Counted from the stretch's first letter, positions 10,679 to 20,440 are shown. The stretch: 64,000 nt of DNA from Patescibacteria group bacterium (GCA_038065395.1 JBBTRB010000004.1:6042-70041); one strand, 5' to 3'. Numbers and translations: made by a program. Notes: generated from the sequence alone by a model not told the origin.

Positions 10679-11464
10679 ATGTATAGAGCCTTCCTCATCA
10701 TCATATCTCTCGTGGTTATGGTGCCGCACGGTAGTTTTGTCCATGCGGAGGAATACACTTCTTCGAGCTATACAGTATTGCATCCCGTGCTCACGCCAGC
10801 AGGGTTCGGCACCTCAGGTTTGTATCGGATGTGGGGGAGTCTGACCGAGATCGCTATCGGTACCAGTACAGCCACAGATTATAGTGTACAGTCAGGCTTT
10901 CTCTACTACCCAGAAGTGACCGTGCCAGTCGTATCTCCTACGGCCGGCGATGCCCAAGTGACCCTTTCGTGGACTGCCGCGCAAGGGTTTTTGGGTTGGA
11001 CAGCGACCTCATATAGAGTAGGTCAGTCGACTGTCTCTGGAGGCCCGTATATCTATACTTCTGTAGGAGGGGTACTTTCTTCGATACGAACAAGTTTGAC
11101 CAACGGAACTCCTTATTATTTCGTCATTGTGGTCAACGATGCATATGGTAGTCCGATCGGCACATCGACCGAAGTCACCTCAACTCCTGTAGCAGGCACA
11201 ACACCTACTCCTGGAGACGGAGGGGGTGGTGGAGGTAGTACCTCTTATTTCGACTACATACTCGGTACCAACGTGTTCTGTTCGATTGAGGGTGACGGGG
11301 AGCATAGAGGCGCTGATCTCAACCGTGACGGAAGGGTGAACCTTGTTGATCTCAGTATCTTGCTCTACCATCTCGGCAGATTTGATCCACGATATGATTG
11401 TAATTCTGACGATAAGGTCGACTTCGTAGATATTTCTATCATGTTCTATCATTGGACAGAATAA
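10679..11464 (+). CDS. Secreted protein with an FN3-like middle domain and a C-terminal type-I dockerin (two calcium-binding repeats, nt ~11315-11443)
   Basis: Signal peptide. ADLNRDGRVNLVD and DCNSDDKVDFVD match the dockerin D-x-N-x-D-G-x-V-N-x-x-D repeat. Confidence 0.6.
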   Translation: MYRAFLIIISLVVMVPHGSFVHAEEYTSSSYTVLHPVLTPAGFGTSGLYRMWGSLTEIAIGTSTATDYSVQSGFLYYPEVTVPVVSPTAGDAQVTLSWTAAQGFLGWTATSYRVGQSTVSGGPYIYTSVGGVLSSIRTSLTNGTPYYFVIVVNDAYGSPIGTSTEVTSTPVAGTTPTPGDGGGGGGSTSYFDYILGTNVFCSIEGDGEHRGADLNRDGRVNLVDLSILLYHLGRFDPRYDCNSDDKVDFVDISIMFYHWTE

Positions 11465-11472
11465 ATACTCTC

Positions 11473-12366
11473 ATGAATATTCACAAAATCACTACATCTA
11501 TACTCTTGCTCGTAAGTGTATTGGTGCCCATTCATACACTGAGCGCGCAGGCCAATGCCAACACGTCTCCTCGAATATACATAGAAGCACCTACGCGAGT
11601 TTCTGTGGGTTCAGAGTTCGTGGTGAAAGTATTGGTTGATAGTGAATCGCCGATCAATGCTATGGAGATAGCACTCACCTATCCGGGAACATTCCTCAAA
11701 CCAAGTGCATTCAACGAGAGCTCGTCGATCATTCAGCTCTGGCAGGACAAAGACTGGAGATCAACACCAGGTAAGATCATGTTGAGTGGCGGCATACCGC
11801 GTGCTTTTGCAGGTAACAAAGGAGAGGTCGGACGTCTGACATTCAAAGCTGTTGCGCCAGGAGACGTCACTGTGTCATTTACCGTTGCGGATACCTATTA
11901 TGCTGATGGGTTAGGAACTCGTACTACTGCCCGTACGTCCCCTGTACGCTTGAGTGTTTTTGCTGTTACTCCAGGTTCACCACAGGTAATAACTACCACT
12001 GTGGTACAAGATGAGGCATTGAATTCAGATACGCAACCCCCAGTATTCGGCCTCACTGACACTCTACGTAACCCTTCCAAAGGCAATCATCTGGCTATTT
12101 TCGAAGTGAAGGATACTGGTTCCGGTATTGCCAAGGTGGAAATACGTACCAACTCTCTGGTGTCCTGGAGTGATTGGCATGAAGTGACCAATCCAGCCGA
12201 AGTCCGATCTGGAACTTTCAAGTATCAGTTGCGTGCCACTGACAACACGGGGAATATCACCGTCGAAACATTCTATATCCGTTCAAAACTCATCTTGATA
12301 CTGAGCATTGTTATACTCAGTTTTGCCTTCCTTGCTGGTGCAATATACTTTATAATTAAACGGTGA
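11473..12366 (+). CDS. Cohesin-domain protein with a C-terminal TM anchor
   Basis: Signal peptide, then VGSEFVVKVLVDSESPINAMEIALTYPGTFL...GEVGRLTFKAVAPGDVTVSF (cohesin-like beta-sandwich signature). C-terminal hydrophobic helix LILILSIVILSFAFLAGAIYFII. Start trimmed from track 11452. Confidence 0.55.
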   Translation: MNIHKITTSILLLVSVLVPIHTLSAQANANTSPRIYIEAPTRVSVGSEFVVKVLVDSESPINAMEIALTYPGTFLKPSAFNESSSIIQLWQDKDWRSTPGKIMLSGGIPRAFAGNKGEVGRLTFKAVAPGDVTVSFTVADTYYADGLGTRTTARTSPVRLSVFAVTPGSPQVITTTVVQDEALNSDTQPPVFGLTDTLRNPSKGNHLAIFEVKDTGSGIAKVEIRTNSLVSWSDWHEVTNPAEVRSGTFKYQLRATDNTGNITVETFYIRSKLILILSIVILSFAFLAGAIYFIIKR

Positions 12367-14387
12367 ACCTTCTCATCAAAGGCTATATAGTTTTTGTGGC
12401 AGTCTGTGCCATCTTCGTTGTCTCAGCTCTTCCTGTATCTGCGGCGCAACTTATCTTGTCACCAGCGAGTGGAACTTTCACGGTAGGGAGCACATTCGAT
12501 GTGTCGATATTCCTCGATAGTGAAGATCAGTCTGTCAATGTTGTCAATGCTGAGATTTTGTTCCCTCCAGACAAACTCCAGCTCGTTTCGCCTACAACTG
12601 GCCAGTCGATCATCAGTGTGTGGACTGCACAGCCTGTATTCAATAATAAAGATGGACTTATCCAGCTCACCGGCGGTATCCCTGGTGGGATCAAGGTTAG
12701 TCGAGGTCTGATCACGACATTGACATTCCGGGTCAAGCAAACAGGCAATCCTGTCCTTGTCCGTTTCTCCGACAAATCCACCGTACTTGCCAATGACGGC
12801 AAAGGCACTGCGGTTCTCAGTGGTTTCCAGAACGGTATCGTCAATCTGATATTGCCACCACCTGCTGGGCCAGTGGTTTCTTCGGAGACGCACCCTGACC
12901 AGTCAGAATGGTATTCCAACAAAAATGTCATCCTGCGTTGGGCAAGCGTCAATGCTGTAGAAAAATACAGCTATGTTATCGATAAGAATCCTGTAGGTAT
13001 TCCAGATAACATCGCCGATGGTGACAATGGTAGTGTGGTATACAAAGACCTAGAGAATGGTATTCATTATTTCCATATAAAGTCCCTTCGTGATGGAGCG
13101 TGGGGAGGTGTAACTCATTTCGGTATCAACATAGACGCCGAAGCACCTGCAGAATTCCCTGTAGAAGTCATCCCTTCGAGTCGTACATCGAGTAAAAACC
13201 AGATCATCAACTTCCTAACCACAGACTCTCTGTCTGGTATCGCATACTATGAAGTCAAAACCATACCTCTGAGTCAAGGCTCATCAGGTGAGCAATTGTT
13301 CGTAGAGACGATGAGTCCTCATCAGTCTGCACTCGATCTTGGTTCCTATGATGTCATTATTCGAGCGTATGACAATGCGGGCAACTATAGAGATGTGCAA
13401 CAACGCATCAAGATTGTTGCGCCGTTCCTCGAATTTGTAACGGATCAAGGTGTTCGTATCATTGGCGGGGCTATCATACCGTGGATGTGGGTGTGGATAT
13501 TGATACTCATTTTCATTCTCATCACAGCATTTCTGGCATGGTCTACTCGACGATGGCACCATGATATACACTCCAATCGCCAAAAGAGGATTTTGCCAGA
13601 CGCCCTGAAATCCCAACTTTCAGAATTGCAAAAATACAAACAAAAGTATGGCAGTCTGGCGATCCTGCTTGCTGTCGGAGTGTTGTCTTTGTTCGGCGGC
13701 AACGTGGCAGATGCTCAACAGAAGATAGAGCTTGCACCACCTTCGGTCTCCACAGTCTCACGTGATATTTCCAATGAAGAGATCTTCTATATCGGTGGTA
13801 ACACATTGTCACCACTTACCGAAGTCGTGATCTATCTGCAAAACATGCAAACTGGGGAGGCGGTCAGTGAGACCGTCACTTCTGACAAAACCGGCGAATG
13901 GTTCTATCGTCATCCGCGTTTCCTCTCTCCAGGCAACTACGTCTTGTGGACTCAAGGGAGATCCGGCGAGATCATGAGTCCTCCTGGTCCACAGATCGAG
14001 CTCAAAGTAGTTCAGACGGCGATACAGTTCGGTGGATCCCGCTTGAGCTATGAGACACTCTATCTCGGTCTTACTCTCATTTTGCTGTTCATCGTGATCC
14101 TCCTGGGCACCTTCATCATCTATCACGCGTATCATGGCAGGAAGAAACACAAGCTCTTCTGGAAAGAAGTCCGTGAAGCCGAAGAAGCCGTACGCAGAGG
14201 TTTTGCAGTGCTCAAGCGTGACATCGAAGCCGAGCTCTCTATCGTGCGCAAAGCCAAGCTCAGCCCATCGGTCCGCGAAGAGATCAAACAGCGAGAGATG
14301 CAACTTCTCGGCGATCTCGAGACGGTTCGTGGTCATATTGGCAAGGAGGTGTGGGATATTGGGCAGATCGAGCAGTCGTCGATGTAG
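12363..14387 (+). CDS. Large multi-TM protein with an N-terminal cohesin-like domain, FN3/Ig-like modules and a C-terminal cytoplasmic coiled-coil
   Basis: GTG start overlapping the upstream stop (GTGA). TFTVGSTFDVSIFLDSEDQSVNVVNAEILFPPDKL...GLITTLTFRVKQTG cohesin-like. Three predicted TM helices. Confidence 0.55.
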   Translation: MNLLIKGYIVFVAVCAIFVVSALPVSAAQLILSPASGTFTVGSTFDVSIFLDSEDQSVNVVNAEILFPPDKLQLVSPTTGQSIISVWTAQPVFNNKDGLIQLTGGIPGGIKVSRGLITTLTFRVKQTGNPVLVRFSDKSTVLANDGKGTAVLSGFQNGIVNLILPPPAGPVVSSETHPDQSEWYSNKNVILRWASVNAVEKYSYVIDKNPVGIPDNIADGDNGSVVYKDLENGIHYFHIKSLRDGAWGGVTHFGINIDAEAPAEFPVEVIPSSRTSSKNQIINFLTTDSLSGIAYYEVKTIPLSQGSSGEQLFVETMSPHQSALDLGSYDVIIRAYDNAGNYRDVQQRIKIVAPFLEFVTDQGVRIIGGAIIPWMWVWILILIFILITAFLAWSTRRWHHDIHSNRQKRILPDALKSQLSELQKYKQKYGSLAILLAVGVLSLFGGNVADAQQKIELAPPSVSTVSRDISNEEIFYIGGNTLSPLTEVVIYLQNMQTGEAVSETVTSDKTGEWFYRHPRFLSPGNYVLWTQGRSGEIMSPPGPQIELKVVQTAIQFGGSRLSYETLYLGLTLILLFIVILLGTFIIYHAYHGRKKHKLFWKEVREAEEAVRRGFAVLKRDIEAELSIVRKAKLSPSVREEIKQREMQLLGDLETVRGHIGKEVWDIGQIEQSSM

Positions 14388-14411
14388 AAAATAATAAATA
14401 TAGTAAAAAAT

Positions 14412-14789
14412 ATGAAAATATCACATTCTATATTTATCTCAGTTTACTCATTAATCTTATTAGGCTCGATTATTTTTGGGGTGAATTTAGTTTTCAATAA
14501 GGGTGTCAGACCTGATGATTTTACAGAATTATTACTCGCAGCCGGTTATCTATTGGGTTTGATTTTCTCTATTTTTTTACATGTGAGAAGTCTCAAAAGA
14601 TTGGCTAATGTTGAGCAGAAATTATTCCTCGGAGTCTCTTATCTGAATCTCGCGGTATTTGTCGTTGGAATTTTCATGAGCTTAACCTGTAGAGATGCGG
14701 GTTGTATGGTAGTGTTTATCCCCATGCTCATTGTTATCTCATTATGGTTATTTAGTTTTCTTGCTGGAATAATTGCGCTGAAGAGATAA
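14412..14789 (+). CDS. Hypothetical small integral membrane protein (AT-rich gene)
   Basis: ORF with 3-4 hydrophobic helices; GC content much lower than neighbouring genes. Confidence 0.4.
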   Translation: MKISHSIFISVYSLILLGSIIFGVNLVFNKGVRPDDFTELLLAAGYLLGLIFSIFLHVRSLKRLANVEQKLFLGVSYLNLAVFVVGIFMSLTCRDAGCMVVFIPMLIVISLWLFSFLAGIIALKR

Positions 14790-14813
14790 GATTATTCGTG
14801 TTAGAATACTCCC

Positions 14814-16154
14814 ATGTCTCGCCCTCATATTGTCATACTCGGAGCAGGTTTCGGTGGAGTGTATGTTGCCCGTAAGCTTGCCCGCGCCGTCAAAAAAGGT
14901 ACCGTTGATGTCACTATCATCAACCGTACAAACTACTTTCTCTTCACGCCGCTTCTTCATGAAGTTGCAACCGGAGGTTTGAGTCCACGTAGTGTCGCCG
15001 AGCCACTCCGTGAAGTATTCGCAGGCACAGGCATCCGTGTCATACAGGCTGATATCGAAAAGATAGACACGACCGCACGTACTGCGTCTCTCAAAGGCCA
15101 TATCAATACCTGTTCGATCTCCTACGACCGGCTCATCATCGCCACCGGTGCAGAGACCAACTACTACGGTATTCCTGGTGCCGAGATGCATACCATGGCG
15201 TTGAAAAACCTTCAGGACGCGTATCTCATCCGCAACAAAGTCATCGACCTTTTCGAACAGGCAGTTCTCGAACGTGACACACTCAAGCGTCGTGAGCTTC
15301 TCGCGTTCACGGTAGTCGGAGGTGGCGCAACGGGTGTAGAGGTCGCAGCCGAGCTCAAAGAGTTCATCGATGGCATGGTGCGCCGATACTATCGAGACAC
15401 CGAAGGGCAAGATGTCGATGGGTCTCGACCAGATGATACGAAACAGTGTCATCCAGAAGAACCAAGTATGACACTTGTCCATGGCGGCAAGGAACTCTTG
15501 GAACAATTCTCTCCAGGATTGCGCAAAGCAGCCTCTGAACGTCTACAGAAAAACGGCATTACCATAAAATCCGGCAGTACCGTAGCGACAGTTACGAAAA
15601 GCGGCATCACTCTTGCTGACGGTTCTTCGGTCCCATCTTCGCTCATCGTATGGGCCGCTGGTGTCAAACCGATCATTCCGGCTTTCGCTCGTGCAGAGTC
15701 TGTGACTGCCGGAGGTGGACGTCTGGCAGTTGATGAATATTTCCGCCTTCTCAAACACAAAGATATTTTTGCGCTCGGAGATGTGTCAGGATATATCGAT
15801 CAGGATGCTCATGCTGCTCCACAAGATCCGACCAAACCTCCTCGACCACTGCCGATGTTGGCGCAAGTCGCGGTCTCACAGGCACGCATAGTCTCTACGA
15901 ACGTCCTCAAGTCTCTCGATGACGATGCGACACTTTCTCGGTTCCATTATCATTCCAAAGGCAGCATGGTCTCGGTCGGTCAATGGTTTGCGATCGGCGA
16001 GATCTTCTCCTTCAAGATTGCCGGCAAGATCACTTGGTGGATGTGGCGTACAGTCTATCTCTTCAAATTCTCCTCATGGCCAAAACGCATTCAGATCGTC
16101 TTCGAATGGACTCTGGCCATATTCTATCCGAGGGATATTACGAAGTTGAGTTAG
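14814..16154 (+). CDS. ndh: Type II NADH dehydrogenase (NDH-2), FAD-dependent pyridine nucleotide-disulfide oxidoreductase
   Basis: N-terminal Rossmann motif IVILGAGFGGVY and a second GGGATGVE dinucleotide-binding motif; size 446 aa. Confidence 0.8.
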   Translation: MSRPHIVILGAGFGGVYVARKLARAVKKGTVDVTIINRTNYFLFTPLLHEVATGGLSPRSVAEPLREVFAGTGIRVIQADIEKIDTTARTASLKGHINTCSISYDRLIIATGAETNYYGIPGAEMHTMALKNLQDAYLIRNKVIDLFEQAVLERDTLKRRELLAFTVVGGGATGVEVAAELKEFIDGMVRRYYRDTEGQDVDGSRPDDTKQCHPEEPSMTLVHGGKELLEQFSPGLRKAASERLQKNGITIKSGSTVATVTKSGITLADGSSVPSSLIVWAAGVKPIIPAFARAESVTAGGGRLAVDEYFRLLKHKDIFALGDVSGYIDQDAHAAPQDPTKPPRPLPMLAQVAVSQARIVSTNVLKSLDDDATLSRFHYHSKGSMVSVGQWFAIGEIFSFKIAGKITWWMWRTVYLFKFSSWPKRIQIVFEWTLAIFYPRDITKLS

Positions 16155-16276
16155 AGAGCTAGTCCACAATCTCCATCTACTTCGTTACTTTCTACGCTCA
16201 AACTATCACCGTATACACGATACGGCTCAAGTTTTCGCTTGAAAGTGCCTCGCATATGGAGATTCTGGATACGCTC
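16155..16276 (+). repeat. Structured intergenic repeat, copy A (directly after the ndh stop codon)
   Basis: Shares ~85-90% identity with 23842-23964 and 31112-31234. Conserved hairpins CCGTAT-n5-ATACGG and TCAAG-TTTTCG-CTTGA. Confidence 0.6.
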
Positions 16277-16338
16277 TTGAAAGCGCTCTCGCATGGTATA
16301 CTCAAGTAAGAGATTATTGGTAGTAACTTCCAATCACT

Positions 16339-16695
16339 ATGAATATCATATTTCACTGGATCGTATCTGCTCTGGCTATTATCATTGCAGCGTATCTCTT
16401 GCCGGGTGTGGCGATATCAGGACTCATAGCGGCTCTGATCGTGGCCGTAGTTCTCGGTATTATCAATGTTTTTATAAAGCCGATCATCATACTTCTGACA
16501 CTTCCGATCAATATTCTCACCCTCGGGCTCTTCACACTCGTTATCAATGCGGCACTTATCATGCTTGCGAGTTCTATCGTCCCAGGATTTGTCGTAGATG
16601 GCTTCTGGTGGGCATTTGTCTTCGCGATCGTTCTCTGGATGATCAACTCAGTCTTTCATTCGATGGGCAGCACGTCTGATCCGGTTACCAATTAG
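16339..16695 (+). CDS. Small membrane protein, phage-holin-4 (YvlD/PF04020)-like family
   Basis: 118 aa with four hydrophobic segments; the LPGV..SG...ALI.A.VLGI.N..IKPII..LTLP pattern is typical of that family. Confidence 0.5.
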   Translation: MNIIFHWIVSALAIIIAAYLLPGVAISGLIAALIVAVVLGIINVFIKPIIILLTLPINILTLGLFTLVINAALIMLASSIVPGFVVDGFWWAFVFAIVLWMINSVFHSMGSTSDPVTN

Positions 16696-16716
16696 TCCCT
16701 AAAAACTACTCACTAT

Positions 16717-17112
16717 ATGACCATATCAATTCTTTTTATTGTTGGGCGCATCATCTTTGGCCTGTACTGGCTCCGTCAAGCATACAATCATCTCTTCCAC
16801 TCAGCAGGTATGATCGGTTACGCGCAGTCAAAAGGTGTTCCTCAACCAAAACTGGCCGTACTAGGAACGGGAGTGCTCATTGCTATCGGTGGTCTCTCTA
16901 TCCTTTCGGGTATGTGGATCACCATCGGACTCTCTGCTATCGCCATCTTCCTGGTCGGAGTGACTTTCACCATGCATGCATATTGGAAGGATACAGACCC
17001 TATGAGCAAGATGGGCAACGAGATCAACTTTTGGAAAAATCTGGCATTGCTCGGCGCGGTTCTGATGATGTTTGCGTTTTCTGGTTCGTGGGGGGTGGTA
17101 GGACAGAAGTAG
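16717..17112 (+). CDS. DoxX family membrane protein
   Basis: 131 aa, 4 TM; GRIIFGLYWL..AYNHL motif typical of DoxX. Confidence 0.55.
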   Translation: MTISILFIVGRIIFGLYWLRQAYNHLFHSAGMIGYAQSKGVPQPKLAVLGTGVLIAIGGLSILSGMWITIGLSAIAIFLVGVTFTMHAYWKDTDPMSKMGNEINFWKNLALLGAVLMMFAFSGSWGVVGQK

Positions 17113-17175
17113 AGAAGGTTATATAAAAGAATTCGCCCTAGCAGTAATGCTAGGGCGGGGAAATTTCGAGCAGAC

Positions 17176-17565
17176 TCACCCTATCTTTCTGAGTTCTCGC
17201 TCCAAATCCTTGGAGTGAACACACTGCAAAAAGTAGAATTGATGTTCAGACACACGCGGATCATGAGGACTTTCCTCGTGAGAGAGTTCTCCTGTGCCAA
17301 TAATCGGGCTTCGATTATTTCGCAAAGTTTCAGGATCTTTTCCCAGAGCCCGGAGATAGATCCCAACGCTCGTGGCCGCCTCCACATGGTAATCAGAACA
17401 CTTCAGGCAGCAAGTACAACCTTTTTTCTGCAGATCATGCAAAAGTTTGATAATTTGAGTTTTTAAGTCCACTTTGGGATATTTGGGTTTTTTGTTCGGA
17501 CTACCCAGGCTCCTTTCTAAAGCCAGTCCGTAATTCAATGTGCTTACCTGAATATTATACACCAT
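17176..17565 (-). CDS. Hypothetical protein with a Cys cluster (CTCCLKC)
   Basis: ORF only; no confident family assignment. Confidence 0.35.
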   Translation of the reverse strand: MVYNIQVSTLNYGLALERSLGSPNKKPKYPKVDLKTQIIKLLHDLQKKGCTCCLKCSDYHVEAATSVGIYLRALGKDPETLRNNRSPIIGTGELSHEESPHDPRVSEHQFYFLQCVHSKDLERELRKIG

Positions 17566-17645
17566 AAGTACCAGTTAAGTCAATACCCCGCAAAACACCC
17601 AAAATACGTCTTATTAGAAGAGTCTGTCATGCTATAATTTCCTCC

Positions 17646-19286
17646 ATGAATACTATTTCCGACCTGCAGAATCTCATACAAGGTTCAGTCGACACGACAC
17701 CAGAAACCCTTACCAAAGCCAGTCATGATGCAAGTATCTTCGAGATTCGCCCAGAGGCAGTCATCTCTCCGAAAAATGTCGAAGATATCAAGAAGCTTGT
17801 CATCTATGCGAGCGAGCATCCAGGAGTGACTCTTACTGCACGTTCGGGCGGTACATGTATGAGTGGAGGGTCTCTGACCAACTCTCTGGTGCTAGATATG
17901 ACTCGTCATTTCAACCAGATCAAGGAAGTGGGGGAGGGCTACGCGGTGACGCAACCCGGTGTGTACTACCGAGATTTCGACAAGGCCACTATGGACAAGG
18001 GTGGTCAGATCATGCCGAGCTTCCCGGCATCACGTGAACTCTGTACCGTAGGGGGAATGGTGGCGAACAATGCTGGTGGCGAGAAGACACTCACGTATGG
18101 CAAGACTGAACGTTATGTACGCAGACTCAAGGCAGTTTTTGCTGACGGTAACGAATACGAGATCAAACCTTTGTCTTTGGGTGAACTCGAGGAGAAGAAA
18201 AAGTTCAGCACATTCGAAGGGGAAGTGTATAGAAACATGCACGAACTCATTTCGACCAACTATGACGCTATCATGCAAGCCAAGCCGATCGTTACGAAAA
18301 ATTCCTGCGGCTATTCGCTATGGAATGTATGGAACAAAGAGAAGGATACATTTGATCTGACTCAACTCATCGTTGGTTCGCAGGGAACGTTAGGTCTCAT
18401 CACCGAGATCGAGTTTGGGTTGGTAAGACCAAAAGCATATTCACATCTCCTGGTAGTCTTTCTAACAGATCTCCAGCAACTGGGCGAAACAGCTGCACGT
18501 ATTTTGCAATTCAACCCAGAGAGTTTCGAATCCTATGACGATCAGACGCTCAAAGTTGCGTTCAAGTTTCTGCCACAGCTCATGAAACAGATGGGGGGAA
18601 ATCTCATCACGCTTGGTCTACAGTTTGTCCCGGAGATGATAGCGGTCCTCGAAGGGGGCATTCCGAAACTCGTACTTATGGCAGAGTTCACTGCAAATAC
18701 CGACGAAGAAGCACTCCGCATGGCAACCGAAGCTCAGGCCTCCATCAAGGATCTTCATGAGAAGTCTCGTGTCACCAAGACCGAACAAGATGAGAAGAAA
18801 TACTGGACGATCCGTCGTGAGAGTTTCAATATGCTGCGCAAACATGTTCACGGAGTACGCACGGCACCGTTCATCGACGACTTCGTGGTGCCTGCTCAGC
18901 GTCTACAAGAATTTTTGCCACGATTGTATACCATCCTCGGAGAATACAAGAAAGACCTGACCTATACTGTGGCGGGCCACGTGGGAGATGGTAACCTCCA
19001 CATCATTCCGCTTATGGATTTCCACAAAGACGAGGTTCGACATATCATCGAAGATTTGTCAGTCAAAGTCTATGCACTTGTCCATGAATTCAAAGGCTCG
19101 ATCACAGGGGAACACAATGACGGCATCATCCGTACTCCGTTCGTGAAGATGCAATATGGTGAAGAGGTCTATGGACTTCTCGAACAAACCAAGAAGATCT
19201 GGGATCCAAAGGGTATTTTCAACCCTGGCAAGAAGGTTGGTGGTACGCTCGAGTATGCCTTCAAGCATATCGTGAAGGAGTCATAA
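17646..19286 (+). CDS. FAD-binding oxidoreductase (FAD-linked oxidase, GlcD/D-lactate dehydrogenase-like)
   Basis: PCMH-type FAD-binding signature ...LTARSGGTCMSGGS...; 546 aa with the C-terminal FAD-oxidase domain. Confidence 0.75.
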   Translation: MNTISDLQNLIQGSVDTTPETLTKASHDASIFEIRPEAVISPKNVEDIKKLVIYASEHPGVTLTARSGGTCMSGGSLTNSLVLDMTRHFNQIKEVGEGYAVTQPGVYYRDFDKATMDKGGQIMPSFPASRELCTVGGMVANNAGGEKTLTYGKTERYVRRLKAVFADGNEYEIKPLSLGELEEKKKFSTFEGEVYRNMHELISTNYDAIMQAKPIVTKNSCGYSLWNVWNKEKDTFDLTQLIVGSQGTLGLITEIEFGLVRPKAYSHLLVVFLTDLQQLGETAARILQFNPESFESYDDQTLKVAFKFLPQLMKQMGGNLITLGLQFVPEMIAVLEGGIPKLVLMAEFTANTDEEALRMATEAQASIKDLHEKSRVTKTEQDEKKYWTIRRESFNMLRKHVHGVRTAPFIDDFVVPAQRLQEFLPRLYTILGEYKKDLTYTVAGHVGDGNLHIIPLMDFHKDEVRHIIEDLSVKVYALVHEFKGSITGEHNDGIIRTPFVKMQYGEEVYGLLEQTKKIWDPKGIFNPGKKVGGTLEYAFKHIVKES

Positions 19287-19326
19287 TGTTGATATCTCCT
19301 CAGAGTCGATAGGGTATAATTACCTC

Positions 19327-19785
19327 ATGACCCTCAACACTATCGACATTCACATCATCAACTTCTTCAGACGGTCATCTCTGGTTGTGGCACGTCTCGG
19401 ACTTTTTATCGTGTTCTTCTGGTTCGGTATCTTGAAAGTCTTCGACATGAGTCCTGCCAGTCCTCTGGTCCAGGCGTTGTTCGAAGCTACGATATCATTC
19501 ATGGATTTTCCTACATTCCTTTTTCTTTTTGGTATCTTCGAATGCATCATCGGTATCATGTTCCTGTTACCCAAAGTTGAACGTATCGTCATACCACTTC
19601 TTGCATTCCATCTCATCACGACGATGATGCCACTCTTCCTCCTTACAGAGGCAACATGGACAGCGCCTTTCGTGCCAACACTCGAAGGTCAGTACATCAT
19701 CAAGAACGTACTGATCGTTGCAACTGCTATATTCGTAGCCGCTCACGTACATCCGTGGTCACGTCGTAAGCTTTCACCATTATAA
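19327..19785 (+). CDS. DUF417 (YkgB/RclC)-like membrane protein
   Basis: ARLGLFIVFFWFGILKVF...SPASP matches the DUF417 N-terminal motif; 4 TM. Confidence 0.45.
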   Translation: MTLNTIDIHIINFFRRSSLVVARLGLFIVFFWFGILKVFDMSPASPLVQALFEATISFMDFPTFLFLFGIFECIIGIMFLLPKVERIVIPLLAFHLITTMMPLFLLTEATWTAPFVPTLEGQYIIKNVLIVATAIFVAAHVHPWSRRKLSPL

Positions 19786-19789
19786 ACAT

Positions 19790-20125
19790 ATGAACATATT
19801 TTCTATGATCACTTCTGAGCAGATCGAACTTGTCCTCATTTTCGGTGCGACGATCGTCGGGGTGGTCTCGGCCGCATACTTCTACTCATCAACAGATATT
19901 TTCATCCGTCTGATCGGACGACCATTCCGGTTCATCGCTTCGGGAGTGCTCCTGATCATGATCGGCGTCCTCATCGCTGCATTCATCTCGTACGCTGACC
20001 GTCTCGGAGTCCTGATACTTTTCTACGAGTTGCCGCTCCAAGTATTTTTCTATATTCTCTACATCAGCGGATCACTCCTCATCGTCCATGGTGCAAAAAC
20101 ATTTTCTCGGAATGTTTCGCAATAA
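19790..20125 (+). CDS. Hypothetical small membrane protein
   Basis: ORF, 3 TM helices. Confidence 0.4.
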   Translation: MNIFSMITSEQIELVLIFGATIVGVVSAAYFYSSTDIFIRLIGRPFRFIASGVLLIMIGVLIAAFISYADRLGVLILFYELPLQVFFYILYISGSLLIVHGAKTFSRNVSQ

Positions 20126-20255
20126 TTTTTTCCAAAAAGTTATACACACATTTTGTTTTTTCTGCTCGCATTCGTACGCACATGACCTATAATGAATACA
20201 GGTCGAAAATAATATCTGAATGTTAATTTAATTTTACTTCTCTCTATTTATTTTT

Positions 20256-20372
20256 ATGGCAAAAAGACAATCATCGCAAGGCAAGGCGTCTCGTTCTCGC
20301 AAGACCAAGAAGCGTCTCGCGGTCAAGCACACGAAGAAGTCTAAGGCAAAGAAGACCAAGAAGCGAAAATAG
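20256..20372 (+). CDS. 38-aa extremely basic peptide (MAKRQSSQGKASRSRKTKKRLAVKHTKKSKAKKTKKRK)
   Basis: Not in the track (under 60 aa). ATG 20256, TAG 20370-20372. Consensus TATAAT at ~20198 upstream and a perfect intrinsic terminator immediately downstream. Confidence 0.35.
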   Translation: MAKRQSSQGKASRSRKTKKRLAVKHTKKSKAKKTKKRK

Positions 20373-20401
20373 TTCGCACTTCTTCTCATCGAATTTCAAA
20401 A

Positions 20402-20424
20402 ATGCCCCATACTGGGGCATTTTT
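20402..20424 (+). terminator. Rho-independent terminator (ATGCCCC-ATACT-GGGGCAT followed by TTTT)
   Basis: 7-bp perfect GC-rich stem plus T-tract directly after the small basic ORF. Confidence 0.6.
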
Positions 20425-20440
20425 GTTGTATAATGAGTTT

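Noticed and set aside
14748-15506. 252-aa minus-strand ORF overlapping ndh
   Set aside because: Antisense to a confidently called NDH-2 with intact dinucleotide-binding motifs.
16151-16333. 60-aa minus-strand ORF MEVTTNN...MRGTFKRKLEPYRVYGDSLSVESNEVDGDCGLAL, and the identical-looking N-terminal extension of aspS (23820-23942)
   Set aside because: Both are the reverse-strand reading of the structured repeat element. The third full copy (31112-31234) lacks the ATG and has an in-frame stop, and the G-U wobble pattern supports plus-strand RNA rather than a peptide.
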